Part shown: positions 27,106-35,287 of the stretch, in pieces | Numbering within the stretch: position 1 is the stretch's first letter | Layout of the letters: every line of letters begins with the position of its first letter | Origin: a virus | Direction: 5' to 3' (one strand) | IMG/VR virus record: IMGVR_UViG_3300042934_001053 | Location: 1 to 49,415 of that record | Length of the DNA: 49,415 nt | Made by a program: the position numbers and the translations under genes | The notes under the pieces: generated by a model | The model's input: only the letters and a program-made list of their open reading frames with translations | What the model was told of the DNA's origin: nothing | Databases searched by the model: none

Positions 27106-27981
27106 TCAATCCCATCCAAGAAGTTTCTTTTCTAACTCATCCATATTTATACCACCATCTGAACCATCATATTTCCGCTGCTTGAAATTATTAAAAGTAC
27201 TATGCTTACCATTTGAATTCAGTCTATTTCCTCTAGTAGTAACTATACTGTGACAAGTCTTTTCAGCTTTCATTTTTAATACAAGTTGCTCATACTTCTC
27301 ACGTAACTTCTTAGGGCTAAGAATATTAGCTAACCAGAAACTATCTGTTTGACAGAATTTAATAACCTGTTTAACCTCTTCCAGGTCCCTTTCATCAATT
27401 CTAAGAATACTATCAAAGTCCTTAGCCCATTTTTCAAAATTAGGCTCCTTAACCTGTTCATTGTTCTTTTTAATATAGTTAAATAAGTAAACTGCTAGTC
27501 GGTATTCATTAGATTCAAACGAGAATATAATATCTTTCTTATCATTCTTTACATTCTTATCATTCTTGTTAGGTGTTACCTCTTTGTTACCTCTTTGTTG
27601 GTCCTTTGTTACCTCATTGTTAGTTGCTTTGTTAGTTTCATCATCAAAACCTTGGTAAAGTCCCCAATTTACTATTGTTATGAGCCTTCCAGTCTTTGTT
27701 GATTCGTCTGTTAGAAAATCATATTTTTTGAATTTTCCTAGTGCACTTCTAACGTTTTGTACAGATATACCTTTACCACATTTTTCACAGATAGAATCTA
27801 ATGAGGTAACAAACTGACCAGGAGCAGCTTTAAATTGTTTACCATTCCACTCCCATTCTCTGCCTTGATGGTTGGCCATTCCTAGTAGGGTTATTAATAT
27901 AACCTTTTGCTCGGGAGTGGAATTTTGCCATATTGATTTTTCAAATAACTCTCTATGGAGTTTTAACCATCCTTGGCTCAT
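27106..27981 (-). CDS. Replication initiator / replisome organiser (N-terminal winged-helix, C-terminal conserved phage domain)
   Basis: 291 aa. MSQGWLKLHRELFEKSIWQ... is typical of phage replisome organisers. The C-terminal FESNEYRLAVYLFNYIKK...SPKKLREKYEQL resembles Phg_2220_C. Confidence 0.65.
   Translation of the reverse strand: MSQGWLKLHRELFEKSIWQNSTPEQKVILITLLGMANHQGREWEWNGKQFKAAPGQFVTSLDSICEKCGKGISVQNVRSALGKFKKYDFLTDESTKTGRLITIVNWGLYQGFDDETNKATNNEVTKDQQRGNKEVTPNKNDKNVKNDKKDIIFSFESNEYRLAVYLFNYIKKNNEQVKEPNFEKWAKDFDSILRIDERDLEEVKQVIKFCQTDSFWLANILSPKKLREKYEQLVLKMKAEKTCHSIVTTRGNRLNSNGKHSTFNNFKQRKYDGSDGGINMDELEKKLLGWD
27574..27640. repeat. Iteron-like array with 11-bp phasing inside the replication gene (candidate ori)
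   Basis: The units are TGTTACCTCTT, TGTTACCTCTT, TGTTGGTCCTT, TGTTACCTCAT, TGTTAGTTGCT and (T)TGTTAGTTTCA. Just upstream, TTCTTATCATTCTT occurs twice (27536-49 and 27555-68). Confidence 0.6.
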
Positions 27982-28006
27982 GTGTACCTCCTATATTGCT
28001 AAGTAG

Positions 28007-28180
28007 TTAAAATACTTCACTGTGTATTTTATTTATTTTTTCTCTTAGCTCTTCAAAATGCTTCTTGTCTACAATCATTTTTAAGTCACTTGTTTCGATA
28101 GAAAATTGGCCAAAGCTATGTTCAACTTCAAAATCTTCATGTTCGCCCTTGTATTCAATATTTATTTGAGTTGTAAGCAT
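28007..28180 (-). CDS. Small hypothetical protein
   Basis: 57-aa ORF not in the track (MLTTQINIEYKGEHEDFEVEHSFGQFSIETSDLKMIVDKKHFEELREKINKIHSEVF). Its ATG overlaps the upstream stop codon (TAATG). Confidence 0.5.
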   Translation of the reverse strand: MLTTQINIEYKGEHEDFEVEHSFGQFSIETSDLKMIVDKKHFEELREKINKIHSEVF

Positions 28181-29088
28181 TATTTATCAGCCTCCTGATG
28201 TGGCCCTTTATTTAAAACGGTATATTTATAATTGTTATCTCTCAGATATTGACCTAACTGGGCAGCTTGATCCTTTGTTCCAATTACTTTTAATTCAATA
28301 AAATACAAAGGTTCATCCACTTGTGGGTTAACAACTGGCTCTTTAATTACTGGAACTGTTGGAGTTTCCCTTATCGCTTCTACAGGCGCTGCCTGCTTTG
28401 CTTCCTCAATATTTTTTTCAGCTGCTCTTAGTTTCTCTGCCATCTGATTAATTTTTTCAATGATAGTAGGTAGTGGTGGATTCAAGTTAATTAGGTACTG
28501 AATATCTGAGATATTTATAGGAGTCTTAATGGTTTTATTCGCATTTTCTATTGTAGCTCTTATAACCTCCATTGCCTGCTGTTCTCTTGACTGTTCTTCA
28601 ACAAGAATATATGCCCTCTGGTCTATATCCTCTCTAACGCTTTTAGGATTCGCAGTAAGGTTCAAATACTTGTCTAGTACTGTCAGTCTACTTGAATACT
28701 TTTCATTTAACTGTCGGGCTTCTGAAACTTCTTTGATAATTTTTAAAGCTGCCTCCCTTTTCTCTTCTCTCCTCTGATTATCAAAGATTAATATTCCATC
28801 TTTAATTGGCTGTTCGGCTTGTTCAACTAAGCTTATTAATTCTTTACACTGATTTTCAAAATCTGAGATAGGCTTGGACAACTCTCTCTTTTTATCCTTT
28901 CTATAAGTATCAATTTTAACTCTTATGCCGGCCAATTCTTTTTGGGTATTCTTACATGCAGAAAGGCTTTCTTCAGTTACTACAATTCCTTTGTAATGCT
29001 GCATAGTTTCAGATAATGCTCTCTTCATTTCCTCAAAGTTCACTTGTATAACAGGTAATTGTTCACTTTTAATCTCAAAATCTAACAT
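28180..29088 (-). CDS. DUF1351-family protein (recombinase-associated)
   Basis: 302 aa. QLPVIQVNFEEMKRALSETMQHYKG...TEESLSACKNTQKELAGIRVKID resembles DUF1351. It lies next to the ERF gene. Confidence 0.6.
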   Translation of the reverse strand: MLDFEIKSEQLPVIQVNFEEMKRALSETMQHYKGIVVTEESLSACKNTQKELAGIRVKIDTYRKDKKRELSKPISDFENQCKELISLVEQAEQPIKDGILIFDNQRREEKREAALKIIKEVSEARQLNEKYSSRLTVLDKYLNLTANPKSVREDIDQRAYILVEEQSREQQAMEVIRATIENANKTIKTPINISDIQYLINLNPPLPTIIEKINQMAEKLRAAEKNIEEAKQAAPVEAIRETPTVPVIKEPVVNPQVDEPLYFIELKVIGTKDQAAQLGQYLRDNNYKYTVLNKGPHQEADK

Positions 29089-29100
29089 CTTAAAATCTCC

Positions 29101-29694
29101 CTATATTCCTAAGTCTATGTTCTTTGGCATATCATCAAGTTTCTTTTGTAAAGTGGCCATACACTTAACAAATAGTCCGTTTGTTATCTCTTCTAGCTTT
29201 TTGACTTTGTAATATTCTAAGAATATTTTTTCATCTGAATTTGTCTTTTTAAGCATTTCTTTAATTGTCTCAAGCTTCACTAAATCAATCCTTTTCTTTT
29301 TGTACTCTGCTTCCTCATCTATCTCCCCATTATTTAAAATATCTATCTCAGAAATTTCAAAGGCCATAACATAAAGATATCTACGGGCGAATGTCTGAGT
29401 TCCCCCTATGTTCTGCATTCCGTTACAACCCTTTAATTGAGTCACTTCTACAGGTGTAGAGAATGATACTTGTTCATCTGTTTTTTCAGTGTTGATAATG
29501 GTTAAGGTTGCATGCTCAGATGTATAATTAAAAATTGCAGTTAGTTGGTGTTTGTCCATAAATTGATTAATCTGAGGAAGAAAATCCCCTAGCTCGTAAT
29601 ATTCATAGTTTGAAAAAGTATTCTTACCAGACTTTTTAGTTATAGTCTTCTGTATATCAACTCTGCATTTCTGTAACTTTTGATATATATTCAT
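29101..29694 (-). CDS. ERF-family single-strand annealing recombinase
   Basis: 197 aa. MNIYQKLQKCRVDIQ...KNTFSNYEYYELGDFLPQINQ...GGTQTFARRYLYVMAFEI fits ERF (PF04404). Confidence 0.7.
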   Translation of the reverse strand: MNIYQKLQKCRVDIQKTITKKSGKNTFSNYEYYELGDFLPQINQFMDKHQLTAIFNYTSEHATLTIINTEKTDEQVSFSTPVEVTQLKGCNGMQNIGGTQTFARRYLYVMAFEISEIDILNNGEIDEEAEYKKKRIDLVKLETIKEMLKKTNSDEKIFLEYYKVKKLEEITNGLFVKCMATLQKKLDDMPKNIDLGI

Positions 29695-29775
29695 TGCCTA
29701 TTCCTCCACTATAATTTAAAATATAGTTATCCATTTTTTATTTTTTTCGGTTCCTTCGGGAACTCTTTTTTTTAT

Positions 29776-29886
29776 TTAAAATATCTTGCCATACATTTTA
29801 TTAAAGTCATTTAACCCATCAAAAGTAGGTTCTAGGTATGAGCTACTACAATATTGAAAGTATGCCTTTACAATTTTATATTTCAT
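29776..29886 (-). CDS. Small hypothetical protein
   Basis: 36-aa ORF behind AGGAGGTAGG. It is supported only by the RBS and tight packing. Confidence 0.3.
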   Translation of the reverse strand: MKYKIVKAYFQYCSSSYLEPTFDGLNDFNKMYGKIF

Positions 29887-29897
29887 AGTTTATTTAC

Positions 29898-30050
29898 CTA
29901 CCTCCTTATTACTAGCAACTTTCCAGTGCTTTTTTGAAGAAACTCTACATGTTGCGCTGTATCTTTTGTATATAAAAAGTCACTGGGATTATGACCTTGA
30001 CTACTTAGTAACCTTTTATGTCTTAATAAAAGTCTTTTACCATGCTTCAT
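29898..30050 (-). CDS. Small phage protein, DUF6906-like
   Basis: 50 aa: MKHGKRLLLRHKRLLSSQGHNPSDFLYTKDTAQHVEFLQKSTGKLLVIRR. The pattern (KR...L...G.NP..WL..K.T...L..v.+.TGK...I) recalls a common Firmicute prophage family. Confidence 0.5.
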   Translation of the reverse strand: MKHGKRLLLRHKRLLSSQGHNPSDFLYTKDTAQHVEFLQKSTGKLLVIRR

Positions 30051-30060
30051 GATGTGCCAC

Positions 30061-30183
30061 CTACACTTTCATAACTTTGACAACTTCCAAATCAAGCTCT
30101 TGACTCTTTGAGATTGTTCTAGGATCTTGAATGCCATAGAGCTCGATATATTCATATAATTCTTGTTTCAGCTTATCCAACAT
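30061..30183 (-). CDS. Spo0E-family aspartyl-phosphate phosphatase-like protein
   Basis: 40 aa: MLDKLKQELYEYIELYGIQDPRTISKSQELDLEVVKVMKV. It contains the Spo0E signature SQELD, has a strong RBS (AGGAGGGG, 8-nt spacer), and is not in the ORF track. Confidence 0.65.
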   Translation of the reverse strand: MLDKLKQELYEYIELYGIQDPRTISKSQELDLEVVKVMKV

Positions 30184-30198
30184 ATAATTGGCCCCTCC

Positions 30199-30996
30199 TT
30201 ATGCAACCTTATACTTAATAGCCATATCCTTAACTATGGCTATGTACACCTCAGTAAGTCTCTTATCCTCACCTATTACATCAAGTTTAGTAACCTTATC
30301 AGCCTTACTTTTGCTGCCTGTTTCTTCAAGTACTTTCCGCTTTCTATTTGTTAATCTTATTTCAAGCTTTGCAGCAGCCCTCTCATTTAGTAATTTATAA
30401 CTCTCGTCTCTAACTTCTCTGTACGCTTCGCTTGTCCCACCGCGCTGCTTGGCTAATTTATTGAGAAGATTGTTTATCTCAGCCTTCCAACTATTAGGAT
30501 TAATGGATACTACATCTCTAATAGCTTGAACTTCATTTTTAACTTCTGCTGCTTCAGCCTTAGCAGCCAAAGCATTAATATTAACTTGATTTAGTTGCTG
30601 TTTTAATGCTTTCATCTCCTGCAGTTGTGCAATTAATACATCCTCTAAACAAGCTGGCTTTTGCTCTTTACCCCTAAAGTACGTTTCTTCAAGTTCCTCA
30701 TAAACTTGCCAAGCTTCATCTGTATCAAGTATCTTTGCGTGTCTAGCTGCACCTTTCTCAGTCCAAAGGTAAAGTATAGAAACAAACTTTAGGCTTTCAT
30801 CATTTAGATGAATACCTTTAAACTCCCTTAGTTCATCCCCCTCGAGTTTGTAAAAGTGCTTCCCTTCTTTAAATCTTTCAATATTTCTATTGAAGTTATT
30901 ACTTATATTCCTTTTATCTGTTCCAAAGCTCTCAGCTAAAACTTCTGTTGTCATTATTCTTTGTGTTCTAAATTCCATTGGAATAATGTTTCCCAA
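30199..30996 (-). CDS. Antirepressor-like protein (ORF6N domain plus ORF6C-like C-terminus)
   Basis: RIMTTEVLAESFGTDKRNISNNFNRNIERFKEGKHFYKLEGDEL fits ORF6N, and the C-terminus is a coiled coil. The start is probably the TTG at 30996 behind GGAAGGAGGG (the track ORF runs to 31020). Confidence 0.65.
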   Translation of the reverse strand: MGNIIPMEFRTQRIMTTEVLAESFGTDKRNISNNFNRNIERFKEGKHFYKLEGDELREFKGIHLNDESLKFVSILYLWTEKGAARHAKILDTDEAWQVYEELEETYFRGKEQKPACLEDVLIAQLQEMKALKQQLNQVNINALAAKAEAAEVKNEVQAIRDVVSINPNSWKAEINNLLNKLAKQRGGTSEAYREVRDESYKLLNERAAAKLEIRLTNRKRKVLEETGSKSKADKVTKLDVIGEDKRLTEVYIAIVKDMAIKYKVA

Positions 30997-31016
30997 TTTA
31001 GACCCTCCTTCCAAGA

Positions 31017-31274
31017 TCAAATTGTTCTTTTCTCATATGTTATTTTTTCTATCCATTGGACCAATTTATCTCTGTTTATTAAGAACTTACTTCCGTTCTT
31101 AAAGTATGGAAAATCGGAGTTTGGATTATGAACTAATTCCAATATCTTATCTCTTCCAATACCTGATAATTTATTAGCCTCATCAATTGTTAAGGTTAAT
31201 TTGTTTTCATCAGTTTTGCTTTCTTTTAAGGCTTCTTTTATCACTTCTTTTAGTTGTTCTGATGTTATATTCAC
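31017..31274 (-). CDS. HTH_17 / excisionase-family DNA-binding protein (paralogue 2)
   Basis: 85 aa. LTLTIDEANKLSGIGRDKILELVHNPNSDFPYFKNGSKFLINRDKLVQWIEK. It is a paralogue of 31846..32106. Confidence 0.65.
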   Translation of the reverse strand: MNITSEQLKEVIKEALKESKTDENKLTLTIDEANKLSGIGRDKILELVHNPNSDFPYFKNGSKFLINRDKLVQWIEKITYEKRTI

Positions 31275-31295
31275 TTTAAATTTCCTCCTAATTTT

Positions 31296-31490
31296 CTAAT
31301 TTACTAATTCATCAATGCTTACTTCCAAAGCACGTGCTATTTTCTTTAAAATATCTAAACTTGGGTTTGACTGCTTATTGTTTACTAAATCGTACATATA
31401 TCCTATTGAAACTTTGCTTTTTTTCATAACTTGATAAATTGTCATCTGCTTATATTCAGCAATTTTTCTAATATTATCTCCTATGCCCAC
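31296..31490 (-). CDS. Cro-like XRE-family HTH protein
   Basis: The GTG at 31490 lies behind GAGAGGAGAGG. The product is MGIGDNIRKIAEYKQMTIYQVMKKSKVSIGYMYDLVNNKQSNPSLDILKKIARALEVSIDELVN. The longer track ORF (to 31565) would run through a hairpin. Confidence 0.65.
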   Translation of the reverse strand: MGIGDNIRKIAEYKQMTIYQVMKKSKVSIGYMYDLVNNKQSNPSLDILKKIARALEVSIDELVN

Positions 31491-31509
31491 TCCTGAACCT
31501 CTCCTCTCT

Positions 31510-31561
31510 AAATAAAATAAAAAGAGCCATGTCATGTATAACAAATACATGTACACGGCTC
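31510..31561 (-). terminator. Strong hairpin plus T-run inside the early operon, upstream of the cro-like gene
   Basis: Minus strand: GAGCC..GTGTACATGTAT-TTGTT-ATACATGACAT..GGCTC followed by TTTTTATTTTATTT. Confidence 0.5.
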
Positions 31562-31585
31562 TCACTCTGGCTCAAAGGCTCTGGC

Positions 31586-31729
31586 TTAGGCACTCTTTTT
31601 ATTAATAACTTCAACTTCCTGATGGCACTTCTTACACTTTATATACACACCTTCAATATCCTTAACCGGGTTAATCAAAAGTAGCTTTTGTCTACATACA
31701 GGGCAGACATACCAAGTTTTATCTTTCAT
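31586..31729 (-). CDS. Cys_rich_KTR-like zinc-ribbon protein
   Basis: 47 aa: MKDKTWYVCPVCRQKLLLINPVKDIEGVYIKCKKCHQEVEVINKKSA. It has two CxxC pairs and a GAGG RBS, and is not in the track. Confidence 0.55.
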   Translation of the reverse strand: MKDKTWYVCPVCRQKLLLINPVKDIEGVYIKCKKCHQEVEVINKKSA

Positions 31730-31845
31730 ATCATTACCTCACTTTTAAACATTTGTTTTTACTCCTTTCATCTCTAAGAATATGTATCAGTTTTAATATC
31801 TTCAATTAAGCATATGATACTTTCTCATAAATTCTAAATCTCCTC

Positions 31846-32106
31846 TTAAATCACTAACCTTTGGTCTGATATTTTATCTAACCAATTAATTAGCTTTTCT
31901 CTATTTATTAAAAATTTTGAACCGACTCTAAATGAAGGAAAACCTGAGTTTGAATTATGAGCAAGTTCCAGTATCTTGTCCCTCCCTATACCAGACAACT
32001 TACTTGCATCATCAATTGTTAAAGTAAGTTTTTGTTCTTTTGATTCTAGACACTCACTTAAAGTTTCTTTAATTAATAATTTGAACTTTTCTTGAGTTAT
32101 TTCCAT
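31846..32106 (-). CDS. HTH_17 / excisionase-family DNA-binding protein (paralogue 1), first early gene
   Basis: 86 aa. LTLTIDDASKLSGIGRDKILELAHNSNSGFPSFRVGSKFLINREKLINWLDK. The RBS is AAAGGAGGAA. Confidence 0.65.
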   Translation of the reverse strand: MEITQEKFKLLIKETLSECLESKEQKLTLTIDDASKLSGIGRDKILELAHNSNSGFPSFRVGSKFLINREKLINWLDKISDQRLVI

Positions 32107-32150
32107 GAACTGTTCCTCCTTTAATTCGTTTATTCAATTACCATGTTTTA

Positions 32151-32179
32151 ATTATATCTTTATATAGAAGTATTTGCAA
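32151..32179 (-). promoter_or_regulatory. Early lytic promoter TTGCAA-17-TATAAT
   Basis: Minus strand: TTGCAAATACTTCTATATAAAGATATAAT. The -35 element lies inside the 16-bp palindrome. Confidence 0.6.
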
Positions 32180-32200
32180 ATACTATATATCTTTATATAG
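32153..32200. promoter_or_regulatory. Operator cluster: a 15-bp direct repeat TATATCTTTATATAG (two copies) flanking the perfect palindrome AGTATTTGCAAATACT
   Basis: The repeats are at 32153-67 and 32186-200, and the palindrome is at 32169-84. The cluster lies between the divergent repressor and early genes. Confidence 0.6.
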
Positions 32201-32250
32201 TAGCATTTAGGTAAATTATCTTAATTTATCTCTGTTTTTCTTCGATTATC

Positions 32251-32280
32251 TTGACATATATCATTTTTCAGGAGTAATAT
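32251..32280 (+). promoter_or_regulatory. Repressor promoter TTGACA-18-TAATAT
   Basis: The -35 hexamer is consensus. The promoter lies 35 nt upstream of the repressor ATG. Confidence 0.55.
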
Positions 32281-32314
32281 ATAGTTATATCGAAGTATTA
32301 AGTAGGTGAAAGTA

Positions 32315-32734
32315 ATGTTTAATAGAAATAGGTTAATTGAAATTATGGAACAGAATGATGTAACAGCTTATAAATTGTGGAAACTTTCAGGAGTTGCACA
32401 GTCTACAATTAGTGATATCTTAAACAAGGATGATAAAAACCCTACAACCAAGACTCTTCAGAAAATAGCAGATGCCTTAGGAGTATCAATTGATGAATTT
32501 TTTAAAGATGATACTTTAGAAAAAACAGAAGATGCTAAACAAGACCTAGCTGCTTTTGAAGTTGTTCCAGAACAGTTTACTAATCCAGACGAAGCTAGAA
32601 CTTATGTAAAAAAACATAGGATATTTGCTTCTGAAGGCTTTAATGCGGATAAGCTTAGTGATGAGGAGATATTAAGTTTCGCGAATGCTTTATTGGAGCA
32701 GATGAGACTTGTAAGCTATAAGTATAAAAAATAG
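32315..32734 (+). CDS. XRE-family phage repressor (ImmR/CI-like, no S24 peptidase domain)
   Basis: HTH: TAYKLWKLSGVAQSTISDILNKDDKNPTTKTLQKIADALGVSIDEFF. The ATG at 32315 follows AGGTGA. It is followed by the ImmA gene. Confidence 0.8.
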   Translation: MFNRNRLIEIMEQNDVTAYKLWKLSGVAQSTISDILNKDDKNPTTKTLQKIADALGVSIDEFFKDDTLEKTEDAKQDLAAFEVVPEQFTNPDEARTYVKKHRIFASEGFNADKLSDEEILSFANALLEQMRLVSYKYKK

Positions 32735-32746
32735 GGGGTAACCTCA

Positions 32747-33169
32747 ATGGAATGGATTGACGAGATTATTATAGGTATTTTAGATATCTATGAGACGAAT
32801 AACCCTTATGAAATATTAGATGCTATGGGAATAAGCATAACTGAAGTTGATTCAGATTTCCCCTTACTACTTGGAAAGAATTCGGTTTTTATAGATACCT
32901 TAAACGTTGTTTTTATTAGAGAAGATCTTAACAAGAACCATAAATTGTTTTATTTAAGGCATGAGTTAGGTCATATTCTTTTACATCTAGACAGTCATAA
33001 CATGATGCTTCCAAACGAAGGTAAACATGAAAATGAAGCTGATTATTTTGCATTAAAATTGTCTCAGCTCAGCTTTGATGAAACAATGATGTATCAAATG
33101 ACATTTGAACAAATTGCTAGTTGTCTTGAAGTTCCTGCCAGGGCTTTGAAGAAACTAGTTAATTTGTAA
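32747..33169 (+). CDS. ImmA/IrrE-family metalloprotease (anti-repressor protease)
   Basis: It has an HEXXH motif in YLRHELGHILLH and is the downstream partner of the XRE repressor. Confidence 0.8.
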   Translation: MEWIDEIIIGILDIYETNNPYEILDAMGISITEVDSDFPLLLGKNSVFIDTLNVVFIREDLNKNHKLFYLRHELGHILLHLDSHNMMLPNEGKHENEADYFALKLSQLSFDETMMYQMTFEQIASCLEVPARALKKLVNL

Positions 33170-33264
33170 GTACATATATTGAGTTTTGTAAAGTACTGGA
33201 ATGTGGCAATGTCGCAGTTGTAAAAAATTATGAAGCTATACAATAAGGGATATGGGAGGGTAAA

Positions 33265-33510
33265 ATGTTTAATATTGTGAAGAAAGCCATAGATGAATTT
33301 AATCCTTATGGTTTATTTCCCGATGCACCTGGTAATGAATTTGATAGCGAATCAAGGAAGATTGCAGCACAACTCAATGTTAATAATACACCAGAAGAAA
33401 TAGCAGATATTATCTCGGGAGTGTTATCAAGGTCATTTGATAGGAAATTCGAAGCGAAAGAATGCATGATGACTGCAGAAAAAATACATAAATCTATGAA
33501 AAATAGATAG
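33265..33510 (+). CDS. DUF1871-like small protein
   Basis: 81 aa. AIDEFNPYGLFPDAPGNEFDSESRKIA resembles the DUF1871 pattern (from recall). Confidence 0.4.
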   Translation: MFNIVKKAIDEFNPYGLFPDAPGNEFDSESRKIAAQLNVNNTPEEIADIISGVLSRSFDRKFEAKECMMTAEKIHKSMKNR

Positions 33511-33634
33511 TAGCTTAAGTTGAGAATTGAGAAGAAATATTCTTTAGCTGCAAAATATACTTGTGTTGTTGAATAATTGAAAATTAAAATAAATTATTGA
33601 AAATTTAAGCTATATGACTGATTAGCAACCAGTA

Positions 33635-33883
33635 GTGATGATTTTGATTATTGAGATTGAAGGTTTTTTAAACCACAAAATTCTGCTTACAGGTAAAAAG
33701 TGTTCTAAACACCAATTGAAGCAGATGTATTTTCAGGCTAAAAAGTTAACTTATGAATCAATAGATTTCCCAGATGTGTTCTGCAGACTTTATAATTTTG
33801 AACGTATAGTTTATTCAGATGATATCATAGTTGATTATGTATTAGATACTGATATTGATAGGATTTACTCACCTTTGTATTAG
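33635..33883 (+). CDS. Hypothetical protein
   Basis: 82-aa ORF in the lysogeny module. No family was recognised. Confidence 0.4.
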   Translation: MMILIIEIEGFLNHKILLTGKKCSKHQLKQMYFQAKKLTYESIDFPDVFCRLYNFERIVYSDDIIVDYVLDTDIDRIYSPLY

Positions 33884-34040
33884 TTGATTAGCAGAAAGTC
33901 TTTCGGGAAACCATTACTTTGCTTTATTACGCTTTTTTCTTATATTACGTTCTAAAAGATCTTTCAAATAGTCTTCCTAATACTTTAATTATATAAGTAC
34001 TAGTCTTTACAATAGCATTAACTCTAAGTGAGGTGATTAT

Positions 34041-35237
34041 ATGGCGGTAAAAATCAACTATTCTAAGAACGGAAATGATTATTTTAGAGTAACCACATCA
34101 GTTGGTCGAGATAGCAATGGTAAATTAATAAGAAAAGAATTCTATGGAAAGAGTAAAAAGGAAGCTGAAGCTAAGAAAGATGACTATCTTAATGGACTAA
34201 AGAATGGACTTTCTATAGATTACAAAACTATAGTTCTTGGAAAGCTAATGCACTCCTGGTTATTCGAAATACTTAGAGTATCTAGCCATATAAAGCCTTC
34301 AACATTCCAAAGATACGAGGGAATTTTCAGAAACTACATAGAAAATAGCAACTTATACGGTATCAAGTTAAATGATATAAAATCTATTCAGATACAAAGA
34401 TATTATAACGAGCTTTATGAAAGCGGTAAGACTTACAGTCAAATATATAATCTGAATAAACTCTTAAAAAGTCTTTTAAACTATGCAGTTGAGGAAGGAT
34501 ATATTCTTAAAAATCCATGCTCTAACAAGAGAATTGTTATACCTGGACAAAGTAAAATTAAATCTACGATTAATAATGAATATGATGAAGATAATGAAGT
34601 TGTGATATATAGTAATGATGAGATCAAATTACTTAAGGCCGATCTAGAAAACCATAGACTTAAGGCTGCTATTTTACTAGATTTAGGAACCGGATTAAGA
34701 CTAGGTGAACTATTGGCATTACAGTGGTCTGATATTGATTCTGATTATTCCGAGCTAAAAGTTCAGCGAACCATTAAGGAAGTAACAGTAATAGCTGCTG
34801 ATAGAAGTAAGCAATATAAAACACTTATTCAGCCTCCCAAAACTAAGAAAAGCATCAGAACTGTTCCTATTCCATCTAGTCTTGTTGATGTTTTGAAGGA
34901 ACATAGACAAAGACAAGAAAAAGAAAAGTCGGACGCTGGAACTTCATATATTGAAAGTGATTTTGTATTTACTACTGAGTTAGGTAAAAATATTGATTCT
35001 AATAATTTTAGGCGGAGCTATAAGCGGATTCTCACCAAAGCTGGAATAGAATATAAAAAATTTCATGCACTGAGACATACTTATGCTACAAAATTATTTG
35101 AAAGAGAAGTACCTTTAAAAACTGTATCAGAGTTATTAGGTCACTCAGATATATCAATAACAGCTAATATTTACACTCATGTTATGCCAGAGGTAAAAAT
35201 TACTGCTGCTGAAAAATTAAATCATTTATTCGAATAA
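34041..35237 (+). CDS. int: Tyrosine recombinase / phage integrase
   Basis: 398 aa with an arm-binding type N-terminus and a SAM-like core. The catalytic region is GLRLGELLAL...HALRHTYATKL...LGHSDISITANIYTHV. Confidence 0.9.
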   Translation: MAVKINYSKNGNDYFRVTTSVGRDSNGKLIRKEFYGKSKKEAEAKKDDYLNGLKNGLSIDYKTIVLGKLMHSWLFEILRVSSHIKPSTFQRYEGIFRNYIENSNLYGIKLNDIKSIQIQRYYNELYESGKTYSQIYNLNKLLKSLLNYAVEEGYILKNPCSNKRIVIPGQSKIKSTINNEYDEDNEVVIYSNDEIKLLKADLENHRLKAAILLDLGTGLRLGELLALQWSDIDSDYSELKVQRTIKEVTVIAADRSKQYKTLIQPPKTKKSIRTVPIPSSLVDVLKEHRQRQEKEKSDAGTSYIESDFVFTTELGKNIDSNNFRRSYKRILTKAGIEYKKFHALRHTYATKLFEREVPLKTVSELLGHSDISITANIYTHVMPEVKITAAEKLNHLFE

Positions 35238-35250
35238 TATGTGGGAAAGA

Positions 35251-35287
35251 AGTGTGGGAATTTACACCACACTTTATTTTTTCTTTT
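35251..35287 (+). terminator. Integrase terminator
   Basis: AGTGTGG-GAATTTACA-CCACACT followed by TTATTTTTTCTTTTC. Confidence 0.6.

Noticed and set aside
29735-29775. A GTTCC-TTCG-GGAAC hairpin flanked by T-runs, between the small ORF and the ERF gene.
   Set aside because: The T-run that would make it a terminator is on the plus strand, whereas all neighbouring genes are on the minus strand. At best it blocks antisense transcription. The stem is only 5 bp.
31491-31565. An N-terminal extension of the cro-like ORF (the 89-aa version in the track).
   Set aside because: The extension would be translated through the strong hairpin and T-run at 31510-31561 and encodes an implausible hydrophobic leader. 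The GTG at 31490 has a good RBS and gives a standard 64-aa HTH protein.
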